Positions 48,938 to 58,756 of a DNA stretch of 64,000 nucleotides are shown piece by piece; positions within the stretch are counted from its first letter, which is position 1, and each line of letters opens with the position of its first letter. The DNA is taken from NCBI GenBank assembly GCA_043800255.1, contig JAZDNF010000003.1, positions 1 to 64,000 of the forward strand, written 5' to 3'. Both the position numbers and the translations under genes were made by a program. The notes under the pieces were generated by a model that saw only the letters and a list, made by a program, of their open reading frames with translations, ran no database searches and was not told the DNA's origin. Source of the DNA: Candidatus Altiarchaeota archaeon (GTDB taxonomy: Archaea > Altiarchaeota > Altiarchaeia > IMC4 > SCGC-AAA252-I15).

Positions 48938-50839
48938 TTATGTCCTGTAGACTAGAATCCTCTCGTTTGAATAATACGGACTCTGGTTTCGGAAGGCTTT
49001 TTGCATAAACGCTGAAATCTTCTCGTCTGTGCCGTTCTCGTACAAGTCTGTCAGCAGGACATCATGGTGGACTACCACATAACCTATGTTGTATTCTCTC
49101 ATAGCAGGCAAGAACGCCTCAACCCAGTCTCCGGTGAGATTCTTGTGGTCCAGGTCATTGAGCGGCCCGAAGACCGGGCTGTCCTGCATGAAACCAAGCG
49201 CAGTTCGGCTTGGATAGGATACGTAGCCTCCGACTATCGGCCTCTGATGCACGGTTTGATAGTACATGTATTCGGGAATGCCATATTCTAGCACTCGACC
49301 ATCATCAAGTGCCAGCCTCTGAGGAGCTATTGGAACGTCCAGGATGGCGTAATCCTGACCGTCTGCAAGCGTCAGATAGAACTCCTCTGTCGGGGGCGTT
49401 GTCAGATTTAGTGGGACGGTAAGAAATTCGAATAGTATCAGGGAGGATATTATGAAACCTAGTAAATTTTTGTGTGTGGTTTTTGACAGCATACGGTTTA
49501 TGCCGTGTCCTGCGAGAACCGATAGTGACAACATCACCATCACCGCGAATCTTTCCGGCACCCTGAATATGCTGAAGACAGGTAGTTTCTGGAGGAGTAT
49601 GAAGGGCAGGAAGATTGTGGGCTCTCCTAGGATGAAGAGGATAGGCCCAAAGGATAGGATGGTGAACACCGTCAATATCATGCCCCACAGACCGATCAAC
49701 CTCCGTATGTAGAGCGAAAAAGATAGGTAGGCTAGGACTATGAAGAGAACCACAAAAAGCGCCCTGACAAGGGTGTCTCCGAACAACAAAACCCAGGATA
49801 TGAGGAGCATAACAGATGACACTAAAAGCGTGCGATTTCCTCCAGGGAGAGCTCCCGCAAATGTGTGGAGAGACTCCATCTTAGTGCGGAGTATGCCGCT
49901 TCCCTTCATATTGTAGAGCGACAGAAAAAGCACTGTAAAGCCGACTGGCATCACATAACCAACATTCTTCTCAGACGAGAGCATTCTGTGGGCAGCATTC
50001 CCAAACCACCCGAACAGAGGATGAAACTGGCTGGGCAGAAGATAAGAGAACATGTCGGACGAGTAGCATATTATAGCGTAGAGAGAACTACGGCGGGCCT
50101 CACCAGCGAGTATGATTTTTAATGTTGGGTAAAAAAATGGGGCGACCAGAATAGCGAACAAAAAAGTTGATTTTACGGTGTTCTTGACGAACCCTATGTC
50201 GCCTTCTCTGTAAAAGTGGGCTGAGAACAAAAACGCGGTCAACAGCATGAACCCCATGTACTGCCAAGAGCATAGGGCGACCAGCAGCAGGAAAAATGAG
50301 GATAGGACCACATTCTTCCAGTTGCTGTCTCCTCTCATCTTCAGGAGGTATAATACGTAGAAGGGTATCCACTGGATGCTCAGGAGATTAAGATGACCTG
50401 CTAAAGCCTCTGCATAATGGTAAGGCGAGAACGCGAAGATGATGCCAGCAACAAATGCGGAGATTTTATCGCCTATTAGATAATAGGCAAGCAGAAACAT
50501 GCCGTAGGCTGCTATTAGGAAGGACAATAACACGAGAATATTGTACGAGCCGATTAGGTTGAAACGCTCCTGCAGTATAATTCCTAAAATGCCGTTGTAC
50601 GGCCCGAGCGTGTGCATTCCAAGGCTTACGCCAGTCGGATGAAAGAGGTATCTCGTGAAGTAGGGATTCTCTCTTAGCTCCAAAAGTGACTTCTTCATCC
50701 ACCACAGGTTCCAGACGTTCGAGTAGACATCATAGTCCCCGACCAGCTTGCTTTCCAGATTGGCTATGAGAGGATAGGTTAGGACGAGCGTGAGCGTAGA
50801 ATACAACATCAAGGCGCGCAGGTCGTAAGTGTACGCCAT
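48938..50839 (-). CDS. Polytopic GT-C/YfhO-like membrane protein, paralog of 46300
   Basis: Same motifs as 46300; start placed at MAYTYD by alignment with the paralog. Confidence 0.75.
   Translation of the reverse strand: MAYTYDLRALMLYSTLTLVLTYPLIANLESKLVGDYDVYSNVWNLWWMKKSLLELRENPYFTRYLFHPTGVSLGMHTLGPYNGILGIILQERFNLIGSYNILVLLSFLIAAYGMFLLAYYLIGDKISAFVAGIIFAFSPYHYAEALAGHLNLLSIQWIPFYVLYLLKMRGDSNWKNVVLSSFFLLLVALCSWQYMGFMLLTAFLFSAHFYREGDIGFVKNTVKSTFLFAILVAPFFYPTLKIILAGEARRSSLYAIICYSSDMFSYLLPSQFHPLFGWFGNAAHRMLSSEKNVGYVMPVGFTVLFLSLYNMKGSGILRTKMESLHTFAGALPGGNRTLLVSSVMLLISWVLLFGDTLVRALFVVLFIVLAYLSFSLYIRRLIGLWGMILTVFTILSFGPILFILGEPTIFLPFILLQKLPVFSIFRVPERFAVMVMLSLSVLAGHGINRMLSKTTHKNLLGFIISSLILFEFLTVPLNLTTPPTEEFYLTLADGQDYAILDVPIAPQRLALDDGRVLEYGIPEYMYYQTVHQRPIVGGYVSYPSRTALGFMQDSPVFGPLNDLDHKNLTGDWVEAFLPAMREYNIGYVVVHHDVLLTDLYENGTDEKISAFMQKAFRNQSPYYSNERILVYRT
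49020..49249. repeat. 230-bp near-identical segment, copy 2
   Basis: See 46385-46614. Confidence 0.85.
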
Positions 50840-50890
50840 ATTTGTACTATTGCGCGGAATCTTCTTAAATACGTCCTGCAATTTACTAAC

Positions 50891-52489
50891 ATGCGGGACG
50901 GTGTTTACGTTTCTGTTATCGTTTTGGCTTCCATCATCTTCGGCTTCCATAACATAAGCACCATCCCATTCTGGCATTGGGATGAGGGGGTGAACGCTAA
51001 CATCGCCTGGAATCTCGCCCAAGGCAGGCTTCAGATGTTCGCGATCACCTACAATTTCATGCCGCACCCGCCTTTCGGCTTCCTGGTTTTCGCGTTCGCG
51101 ATAAGAGCCTTCGGCTACAGTGTGTTAACGTTGCGGATGTTCTCCGCCTTTCTGGGGATTATCATCGCACTCTTCGTGTATCTGATAGGAAGACGCCTTG
51201 GAAGCAGGGAGTTGGGTTTCCTGGCAGGCCTCTCTTACGCTGTCATTCCGACGATGGTCTATTGGAGGCGTATGGGCTTCACGTATAATATTCTAGGCCT
51301 GCTTCTTGTGCTGCTGGTCTACTGTATACTTACTGGGCGTCTGAGGCTGGCGGCTGCCTTCGCGGGTTTGTGTGCCGTCACTGACATGACTGGCGGAATA
51401 ATACTTGCATTCTTCATGTTTTTCCTAGTTAGGAGGGGGTTGCTTTCGAAGAGGCTGGTTGCCATCTCTGTCGCGCCGCTCATAGTCTACTCTGTTGCCA
51501 TGGTATACGCCTTCAGGGAAGAGTTTTTTATAGACTTCTTCTACCTGTTCGAGCGTTTCAACCTGTCTGTTCCGAAGATTCTGGTCGTATGTGCCTTATC
51601 TCTCCTAGTGTTCAAGTTCAGGGCGGGAGTTATATCAGCTGTCAGCAGGTACGTTAGGATGGTTTCCAGCATTATCGCAAAAGATTTTGAGTTCACGTTC
51701 GCCGAGAATGCTGGTTTCGTCATGAAGTCCGCCCCCTATCTTATGCTCCTGCTGTTGAACGCCTACTGGGGGAGGGAGGTTTTCGGGGCTATGGATGATG
51801 ACTTCTTCCTGAATGGGATTGGATACCATTGGGTGGGGATTTTCGGCCTTCTCATGCTGCGGGAACGCTGGATTTTTTATTACTTATTTTCGCCTCTCCT
51901 GGCGTTTCTCCTCCTCATAAACCGGGCGGACCATATGCTCATCCCGTTGCATCCGCTGCTGGCGGTTGGCTTTGGTTGTCTAATACTGCAGGTCTACCAG
52001 AAGGCGGTGGTTTTTAGCGGAGGCAGAGTCCTGCCAAGAGCTGTGTTCTTTGTGCTTGCATTCTACCCTCTCACTTTTTTCCTGGTGCAGGATTACAGCC
52101 TGTTCTTTCTCGGGAAGGGGCTGGACGTCGAAAGCATTGATGACATTGTCGGGGTAAGTGAGTTCGTGAACAACTATTCGAGCGCTGAGGATTTTGTCAT
52201 TGGGGAGAGCTGTCTTGACCCGTACGTTGACGCCAGGTTAGCAACTCTCTTGCAGTCCGCCTCTTATGGCGGACGAGGTCTGGCCTATTACAGGGATGAC
52301 ATTGACAATTCGAGGTTCTTGTTCAACGTGTCTATCGAGAACGCCCGGCTCATTGTCTCGAGGGGTAATCTTTCAGGCTGGCTTGTGAACAGTTCGAGGG
52401 AGGACGTTGCAGACTATCTGAATGGATTACACTTGGTTTATAATAATTCAGAGTTTATGGTGCTGTCTCAGACTATGACTCCGCTGTAG
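50891..52489 (+). CDS. ArnT/PMT-family (GT-C) glycosyltransferase
   Basis: WDEG.N..IA...HPP...LR motif; polytopic. Confidence 0.8.
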   Translation: MRDGVYVSVIVLASIIFGFHNISTIPFWHWDEGVNANIAWNLAQGRLQMFAITYNFMPHPPFGFLVFAFAIRAFGYSVLTLRMFSAFLGIIIALFVYLIGRRLGSRELGFLAGLSYAVIPTMVYWRRMGFTYNILGLLLVLLVYCILTGRLRLAAAFAGLCAVTDMTGGIILAFFMFFLVRRGLLSKRLVAISVAPLIVYSVAMVYAFREEFFIDFFYLFERFNLSVPKILVVCALSLLVFKFRAGVISAVSRYVRMVSSIIAKDFEFTFAENAGFVMKSAPYLMLLLLNAYWGREVFGAMDDDFFLNGIGYHWVGIFGLLMLRERWIFYYLFSPLLAFLLLINRADHMLIPLHPLLAVGFGCLILQVYQKAVVFSGGRVLPRAVFFVLAFYPLTFFLVQDYSLFFLGKGLDVESIDDIVGVSEFVNNYSSAEDFVIGESCLDPYVDARLATLLQSASYGGRGLAYYRDDIDNSRFLFNVSIENARLIVSRGNLSGWLVNSSREDVADYLNGLHLVYNNSEFMVLSQTMTPL

Positions 52490-52584
52490 AATACGAACCA
52501 CCACCAGATTATCAGGAATACTATTAGCGCCGCGAACCAAGCCCAGTCTTTTTGGGTTATGTCGTCTCTGAATTGGATTTCCAT
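52468..52584 (-). CDS. Putative 38-aa single-TM small protein; absent from the ORF track
   Basis: MEIQFRDDITQKDWAWFAALIVFLIIWWWFVFYSGVIV*; AT-rich promoter-like region upstream. Confidence 0.5.
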   Translation of the reverse strand: MEIQFRDDITQKDWAWFAALIVFLIIWWWFVFYSGVIV

Positions 52585-52726
52585 AGTGTAAGTTTATTAT
52601 AATTCCTTATTTAAAAGCTTTTTCATGGTTATTTGAGATTTTGTTCTTTTTTAGCCTTTTGGAGGGTAATGCCTAAAAACTATATATTTATATTTGTATA
52701 ATTTTATATTATTATAGGTGGTATTG

Positions 52727-52993
52727 ATGGAAGGTAAAGGTTACAGCACCCAGCGGGTTGACATGGATACGGTAGACCTGATAAAAACCGTGAACCTGCA
52801 CCTCAGGAAGAGGAACATCAAACTGAGGCAGAGCGACCTGATAAAACTGGCATTTGGCTTCATCAAGAGCAGGGAATGGGAGTTTATCGAATATGTTGAG
52901 ACAGGCGCTATCAAGGAATCTTCAGGCTTGTTTGACAGCATATTCAGGGCTACGTCGAAACCATGGTTCCCGTACGGGAATTTGTCAGGTTAG
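52727..52993 (+). CDS. Small hypothetical protein, possibly DNA-binding
   Basis: AGGTGG Shine-Dalgarno upstream; STQRVD strand followed by helices with QSDLIKLA (RHH-like layout). Confidence 0.55.
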   Translation: MEGKGYSTQRVDMDTVDLIKTVNLHLRKRNIKLRQSDLIKLAFGFIKSREWEFIEYVETGAIKESSGLFDSIFRATSKPWFPYGNLSG

Positions 52994-53093
52994 GCGAATA
53001 TAATTTTATATTTTTTATTTTTAAAGGAGAAGGTAACATAGATAACAATAGGTTCTACTAAGACCTACCATAAAATAGAGGTGATATAAAAAA

Positions 53094-53420
53094 ATGAAAA
53101 AAATGCTGGCAATTGCAGCCCTGATGATGATATCAGGATTAGTTGCTGCACAGGCACCTGGAACATCAGCTGCGTCAGCAGCTGCTTCACTCGTCTGCGG
53201 CATACTGCAGAACGTGAAAGTATTCTTCGAGCTTGTGGCCGCCGGAATAGCTATTGTGATAATAGTTATCAACGGTATAAAGTGGATCGGCTCATCTGAC
53301 GACCCAGGAGCCAGAAAGCAAGCCAAAGAAGGCATCATACACGCAGTAGTCGGTCTGGTAATCGTGCTACTAGCTGTCGAGATTGTCGGTCTGGTAGTAT
53401 CAACCAACTGCCTGGCATAA
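53094..53420 (+). CDS. TrbC/VirB2-like pilin
   Basis: Signal peptide, two hydrophobic helices joined by GIKWIGSSDDPGARKQAK, GAGGTGA Shine-Dalgarno. Confidence 0.75.
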   Translation: MKKMLAIAALMMISGLVAAQAPGTSAASAAASLVCGILQNVKVFFELVAAGIAIVIIVINGIKWIGSSDDPGARKQAKEGIIHAVVGLVIVLLAVEIVGLVVSTNCLA

Positions 53421-53435
53421 TCTAGCATGCCTCTT

Positions 53436-53480
53436 TTGCCCTAAGAGTCTAGGGCAAACTTATTCTTTTTTCAATTTTTT
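53436..53480 (+). terminator. Stem-loop plus T tract after the pilin gene
   Basis: TTGCCCTA...TAGGGCAA followed by T-rich runs. Confidence 0.5.
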
Positions 53481-53506
53481 AGCTGTTTCTCGTATATTCT
53501 AATGTC

Positions 53507-56500
53507 ATGAAACGCCTCCACGTGAGGAGAAAACTCCGGACTATTCTCGCGTCAGCCGTCCTCGCGCTGATACTCCTTGCGCAAAATGCGACCGCACTGC
53601 CGATACTCTTGCTTGCGCTGATTTTCATACCGCTCATAGGCACTGGGATAGGCATAGCAATCACAAAATGGCCTGCCGGCGCGAAGTTCCTCGGCTTCCT
53701 CCTGAACATCCCAATCAAACTGCTGGTAGACCTTATCGTAAGCATATTCGGTCCGTTCATCAGGCTGGTCCTGAACTACATAGAGGATGGGATAATCTAT
53801 AACCCGAAAATCTACCCCTTCGATGAGATATGCTTCGGCGGCCTGCCTACGCAGGGGTTCGTGTACGGCTGCGCTGTCGAGAACCTGATGAAGATGATGA
53901 TGAAGATTCTCGCGCCATTCTACACCCTCCTTTTGCTTCTGATAGGCATTTACATCATCTTCGTGTCGGTTGAGCCTCAGTCGAGGGCGCGCGCGAAGTC
54001 GGAGTTCAACAAGCTGCTCATAAGCATGCTGCTCGCGTCATCGGCTCCGGTGATATACCAGCTGCTTTTGGACATATCCCAGTCGATGACTGCTGCCGTG
54101 TTCGAAAATTCCACCACAAAGACGTCGGAGGCCATGGCTAGGGGGATTATTGTCGCCTTCGCCAATCCTTGGACGTTCGAGCTTGGCGCGTGGGTGGTCC
54201 TCTTCGGCCTTGTCTTGGTCATGGCGAGGCTGTTCTTTATCGTCCTCTTCGCGATACTCTTCCCGGTGTCCATATTCCTGTACTTTTTCGACTTTACGAG
54301 GGGTTTAGGCTCTAACATGATAAGGGCGACCATGTTCTTCATATTCCTCCAGGTTGTTCAGGCTCTGATATTCGTCATAACCGGGATTGCAGCGGCTGAG
54401 CAGGCGAGCGAGCTTCTCCGGGGTTTCATAGTCGCTGCAGGGCTTACTGGGATGGTGTTGGCTGGCATGCTCATGGCAGGCATCATGAAGTGGGCTGGAG
54501 GCTTCATGGCGATGGTCGGCACGTCTATGGCTGGGAGGGGGCAGATGGGCGGTGCGGTCATGCTGGGCGCAGGCCAGATTATGATGGGCGCGGGGCCTTC
54601 AGGCCTTGTCGGCGCCGGCGCCACCGCAGGTTATATGATGCCCAAGCAGCTGGAGCCTGGCATCAAGGGCGTGGGGAGGAAGGCGCTCGCAGGTTTGGGG
54701 GGCGCCGCAGGCCATCCGATACAGTCCATGTCAGACGGCATGCAGGAGGCTGGCGGAGGCGCTGCCGGCGTGATTAAAGGCTTCCAGAGGTGGGGCAGAA
54801 CCTACGTTGAAGGATACAAGGGGCGGTTCTCGACCAGGTACACTCAGGTTAGGGAGTCTATGGCAGGCGTCGGCTCAAAGTATGCTGGCGACCTTCCCAG
54901 CTCTGACAAGGTCAGCGAAGCCCTGAAGAGGAGCCAGCAGACCGGGAAAGGAACTGGAAAGGGGGGAACCCTCCCCTATGAGGAGACTTCAGGCCCTGGC
55001 GCGACAGCGGAGGAGAAAGAATTCCCGAGGACGCCGCCCGCCAGGCAGAAGAATTATGGGGCCGGCGCAACTGACGAGCATTCGTCCCTGGTCGCGAGTC
55101 ATACTAGCGGTGGCAGGATAGAGTCTGAGGGCGCATTCTCGAACTGGCCTATGGTTGCGCTGATGCAGTCTGGTTTCATGCCTCAGATGTTCTCATGGAT
55201 GTTCTGGGGTACAGGTAAGGACGAGTGGCGTGATAAGGAATATAAGAAGGGGTTCGGCAGGTGGAGTAAGGGAGTGTCTCTGAGGAAGGCTGCCAAGGAC
55301 ATGGTAAAGGCTGGGGAGGATATGATAGAGCAGAGCAGAAGCCTCAGCGTCGATGAGGCTTCCAAGATGAGAGATGAGGGTAGGAACCTCATAAGACAGG
55401 GTAGGAGGGCGAAGGCTAGGGGGTGGGTCGCAACCGGAGCGTCTGTTGTCATGCCTGCTTCCCCGTTCATACCAATCCGGGAGGCTGGCGCGATTATCGC
55501 AGGCACTGTCTCATTGTTCCTGCCTGAGACTGTGGGTTTGGGAGTTGGAGGGTTGGCGTTACAGCTTGGAGTCGGCGGTTTGAGCCTTGTCCCTGCCGCC
55601 GCAGGCTGGGCTTCTCGCGCGACCGGCTTCGGCGTTTCTCTCCTCGGCGGAAAGGGTGACACGCCGGAGGATATAGAAAGGAGGAGGATGCGCGTTGACA
55701 AGTGGGATGCCCGCGCTGACAGGATGAGAGAGTGGTCTAGGGCAACCAGAAGAGGGGGTGGGTGGGTTAGGGATAATGCAAAATTTCCGATGAGGAAGCC
55801 GTTCTACTGGGCCGCCCGGAAGATGACAGGTTTGAGCGTCAAACAGATATGGCATAGGAGCAACGTCGAGCAGGAATTCTTCAGGTCCATGTTCAAGTAC
55901 AGGCAGGCTAAAAAAGAACACCGCATGGCTAAAAAATCTGGTGACGCGGAGGCTGAGGCGAAGGCTGAGAAGAGAAAGGCAAGTGCTGAGGAGAGGGTTT
56001 TCAAGCTGTTGCGGAAGTCCTCCCGCGGGGATGAGTTCTGGGGCAAGGACGAGATTCATGACACGATGATACAGTCGAAGGTGGCGCAGTGGGCTCCGGA
56101 GCTGATGGACAAATACCTCGAAAGCGGCTCAGATTCGAGTTTGGACAAATACTTTGATGAGGAGACGTCTAAGAACACCGCCGACGCTGAGGGGGTAGGA
56201 TTCGACAAGAAGGAGTTGCCAGGCGCACAAGAGCGCCAGTTGCCAGGCGCACAAGAGCGTGATACATTTGAAGCTCTCCTCAAGGAGGGCGGTATTGGTG
56301 ACGCCGTCGGCAGCGAGGTTAACGCGCAGGTTGGGGGCGTCTTCAACAACGAGTCCGGAGGGGAGTGGGGCGGCTTTGAGCGCCTCACCGAGTTCAGGCC
56401 TGAGGATGTGCTGTATGGTCTGACAGAGGCTGACAGAGACGCTCAGGAGAAGGGGAAGAAGTCTCAGCAGGCTGACGCCTTGAGGCTGGCAGTCGGTCTA

Positions 56501-58756
56501 AACCAGCAGGTCAGAGCTGGGACGAAGGATAGGGACGGGAAAGAGATGGATAGGGATAAAGCTAAGGGAATAATGAAAAAGTTCAACTCGAACATTCAGA
56601 GCGAGGAAGAACAAGCTAAACGTCAGAATAGCCGGTTTTTGGAGAGGTATGCAGCTAAGACTGAGAACGTTACCGATACTATGGGCAGGTATTTGAATCA
56701 TAAGCTTGCGAGGAGGCATTGGGTTGCCGACAAGCAGAGGCTTCTCAAATACGGCAGCCCTAAGACGAGGGCTGATATTCTGAGATCAGTCCATGAAGAA
56801 GACCGGAAAACCATCGAAGAAAAGATTGCTAGAAAACACTGGGTTGGAATCGAAGCTCCGAAAATTCAGGAGATAAAATCGGGGGGAGACGCTGGGAAAA
56901 CTGTTTGGGATATGAAGGACGAAAAAATTAAAAAGAAACAGATTAGAACAGAGAAGGGAATTGATAAGTTCAAAGAGAGGAACATCAATTGGGATACTGG
57001 GACTGTTCGAGAGTTCGTGACGTTGGATCAGGAGGAGGCTGCTGTTGCGTTGCATTATGAGTGGGGTTTGGACGAGCGTACTGGCGCTGTCAGGTATAAT
57101 TTTCACATGATGCGGTCTGCTGACGGGCAGAACATGTACATGAACCAGGGGGATTATGCCAAGCTGATGCAGAGGGTAGAACACGAGGGCGGTAAAATAA
57201 GAGTCGAACATGTGACGGCAGACGACTTCGTGAAGATGCAGGAGACTGGGAGAGTAAGCGTGCAGAACCAGAAGACAGGACGCGTCGAATACTTCCTCGG
57301 GGAGGATGACGCCAACAAGTACGTAATATCCAACACAGGCATAATGGTCGTCGGCGCAGGAATAGCAGATGAAAAGATAACACGAAGAGAAGGAGAAACG
57401 GAAGAAGCCGCTCTAGTAAGAGCGGAAAGCAGAGCAGAAGCGCTTAGAAAAAATCGTGAGAAGGGTGCTTATCTGCGTGTGGATGATATTCAGACGTTGG
57501 AGAGGAAGTATGGTTTCAGCGGGGAGCAGGTTAACCGGTTGGTTGATGTTGTCGGTAGCATGAAAGAGAAGGTTGATGTTGTCGGCAGCATGAAAGAAGA
57601 ATATGGGCTGAACCCTAACACGAGAGTCGCATTCTATTACAATCCGTACGATATCAATCCGGCAACCACCAACGGACGCGACGCGATAGAGATTAACCTG
57701 GGGAGCAGGGTGTTCAACCCGGAGACAGACTACTGGGCTGGGCTGACTGACGAGGAGAAGTCGGCCAGAGTATTAGACCTCAGAGGCTCTAAAGACTTAG
57801 CAGGATGGAACGATCTCGAGGCAAAGAGGAGATGGGACCTCATGCAAACGTACAGCGCAGAGGACAGACAGGTGGTCATCGACAGTATCAGGAGTGTGAC
57901 TGGGAAGGAACTCTCACAGGAGGAGGCGGGCAGGGTACTCTATAACCGGAATGTCAGAGAAATCGGCGAAGGTGATGCGCAGGTTCTGTACAACAGGCAG
58001 CAGTGGTTGCAGAAGGCGAGCACCGAAGACCTGAGCAAGAGCATAGGAGGCGTAATATTCCACGAGGCAGCGCACATAAAACTGTTCACAGGAGCTTCAA
58101 TTAGCTCGGGGCAGATGATAGAAAACCAGCAGGACGTCTACGACGTCTTCATAGGGCCTGGCAAGGCCAGATCATTCATGCGGATGATAAACCCGTTCAG
58201 CAAGAGCAGGAAGATGGGGGCAGGGCAGACGCTGATGGGCGGCGACCGCGCTGAAATGCTAGGACAGCACAAACTGATAGGGAACCTCCCGGAAGTTACA
58301 GAGGAATTCAGGAAAATACTCGAGCGGAACAAAGTCAAAGTAAAAAGTGAAGTCATCGGGAACCTGTTCGGCGAAACCCTCAGCGACCAGATTGGAGGCA
58401 GGTCTGCGAAAGCGAGTGAACGTGAGGACTTTCACAGGCAGCAGATTGGCAAAGCAATAGAGGCTAAGATAGACAACTATGAGGACACGATAGCGTTAGC
58501 CACCAGAGGATACACTGACCCTGAGCTGATAAGGCAAAAGGCCAGCATGACGCTCACAAACAAGGACGCCGCAGAACTGGCCATGTACAGGAAGAGGGCT
58601 GAACTCCTCGGGAATAAAGAGCTGGCGGAGAGGATAGAAGAGCTGGCGAAAGCCACTCTATCAGAGGGGGAACGACGGCGGACATACGCCGGCGCATACG
58701 AAGCCCTAGACTACCTCACAGAGAATGTGAAATTTGAGAAGAGGGAAAATGCCTGA
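53507..58756 (+). CDS. Giant VirB6/TrbL-like membrane protein with about 1350-aa tail containing an HExxH zincin motif
   Basis: N-terminal multi-TM domain paralogous to 59254, Gly/Ala/Met-rich linker, charged tail, FHEAAH at 58058-58075. Confidence 0.65.
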   Translation: MKRLHVRRKLRTILASAVLALILLAQNATALPILLLALIFIPLIGTGIGIAITKWPAGAKFLGFLLNIPIKLLVDLIVSIFGPFIRLVLNYIEDGIIYNPKIYPFDEICFGGLPTQGFVYGCAVENLMKMMMKILAPFYTLLLLLIGIYIIFVSVEPQSRARAKSEFNKLLISMLLASSAPVIYQLLLDISQSMTAAVFENSTTKTSEAMARGIIVAFANPWTFELGAWVVLFGLVLVMARLFFIVLFAILFPVSIFLYFFDFTRGLGSNMIRATMFFIFLQVVQALIFVITGIAAAEQASELLRGFIVAAGLTGMVLAGMLMAGIMKWAGGFMAMVGTSMAGRGQMGGAVMLGAGQIMMGAGPSGLVGAGATAGYMMPKQLEPGIKGVGRKALAGLGGAAGHPIQSMSDGMQEAGGGAAGVIKGFQRWGRTYVEGYKGRFSTRYTQVRESMAGVGSKYAGDLPSSDKVSEALKRSQQTGKGTGKGGTLPYEETSGPGATAEEKEFPRTPPARQKNYGAGATDEHSSLVASHTSGGRIESEGAFSNWPMVALMQSGFMPQMFSWMFWGTGKDEWRDKEYKKGFGRWSKGVSLRKAAKDMVKAGEDMIEQSRSLSVDEASKMRDEGRNLIRQGRRAKARGWVATGASVVMPASPFIPIREAGAIIAGTVSLFLPETVGLGVGGLALQLGVGGLSLVPAAAGWASRATGFGVSLLGGKGDTPEDIERRRMRVDKWDARADRMREWSRATRRGGGWVRDNAKFPMRKPFYWAARKMTGLSVKQIWHRSNVEQEFFRSMFKYRQAKKEHRMAKKSGDAEAEAKAEKRKASAEERVFKLLRKSSRGDEFWGKDEIHDTMIQSKVAQWAPELMDKYLESGSDSSLDKYFDEETSKNTADAEGVGFDKKELPGAQERQLPGAQERDTFEALLKEGGIGDAVGSEVNAQVGGVFNNESGGEWGGFERLTEFRPEDVLYGLTEADRDAQEKGKKSQQADALRLAVGLNQQVRAGTKDRDGKEMDRDKAKGIMKKFNSNIQSEEEQAKRQNSRFLERYAAKTENVTDTMGRYLNHKLARRHWVADKQRLLKYGSPKTRADILRSVHEEDRKTIEEKIARKHWVGIEAPKIQEIKSGGDAGKTVWDMKDEKIKKKQIRTEKGIDKFKERNINWDTGTVREFVTLDQEEAAVALHYEWGLDERTGAVRYNFHMMRSADGQNMYMNQGDYAKLMQRVEHEGGKIRVEHVTADDFVKMQETGRVSVQNQKTGRVEYFLGEDDANKYVISNTGIMVVGAGIADEKITRREGETEEAALVRAESRAEALRKNREKGAYLRVDDIQTLERKYGFSGEQVNRLVDVVGSMKEKVDVVGSMKEEYGLNPNTRVAFYYNPYDINPATTNGRDAIEINLGSRVFNPETDYWAGLTDEEKSARVLDLRGSKDLAGWNDLEAKRRWDLMQTYSAEDRQVVIDSIRSVTGKELSQEEAGRVLYNRNVREIGEGDAQVLYNRQQWLQKASTEDLSKSIGGVIFHEAAHIKLFTGASISSGQMIENQQDVYDVFIGPGKARSFMRMINPFSKSRKMGAGQTLMGGDRAEMLGQHKLIGNLPEVTEEFRKILERNKVKVKSEVIGNLFGETLSDQIGGRSAKASEREDFHRQQIGKAIEAKIDNYEDTIALATRGYTDPELIRQKASMTLTNKDAAELAMYRKRAELLGNKELAERIEELAKATLSEGERRRTYAGAYEALDYLTENVKFEKRENA

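Noticed and set aside
46385-49249. Possible diversity-generating retroelement template/variable repeat pair
   Set aside because: Mismatches are not adenine-specific on either strand, both copies are in-frame parts of paralogous genes, and no reverse transcriptase is present.
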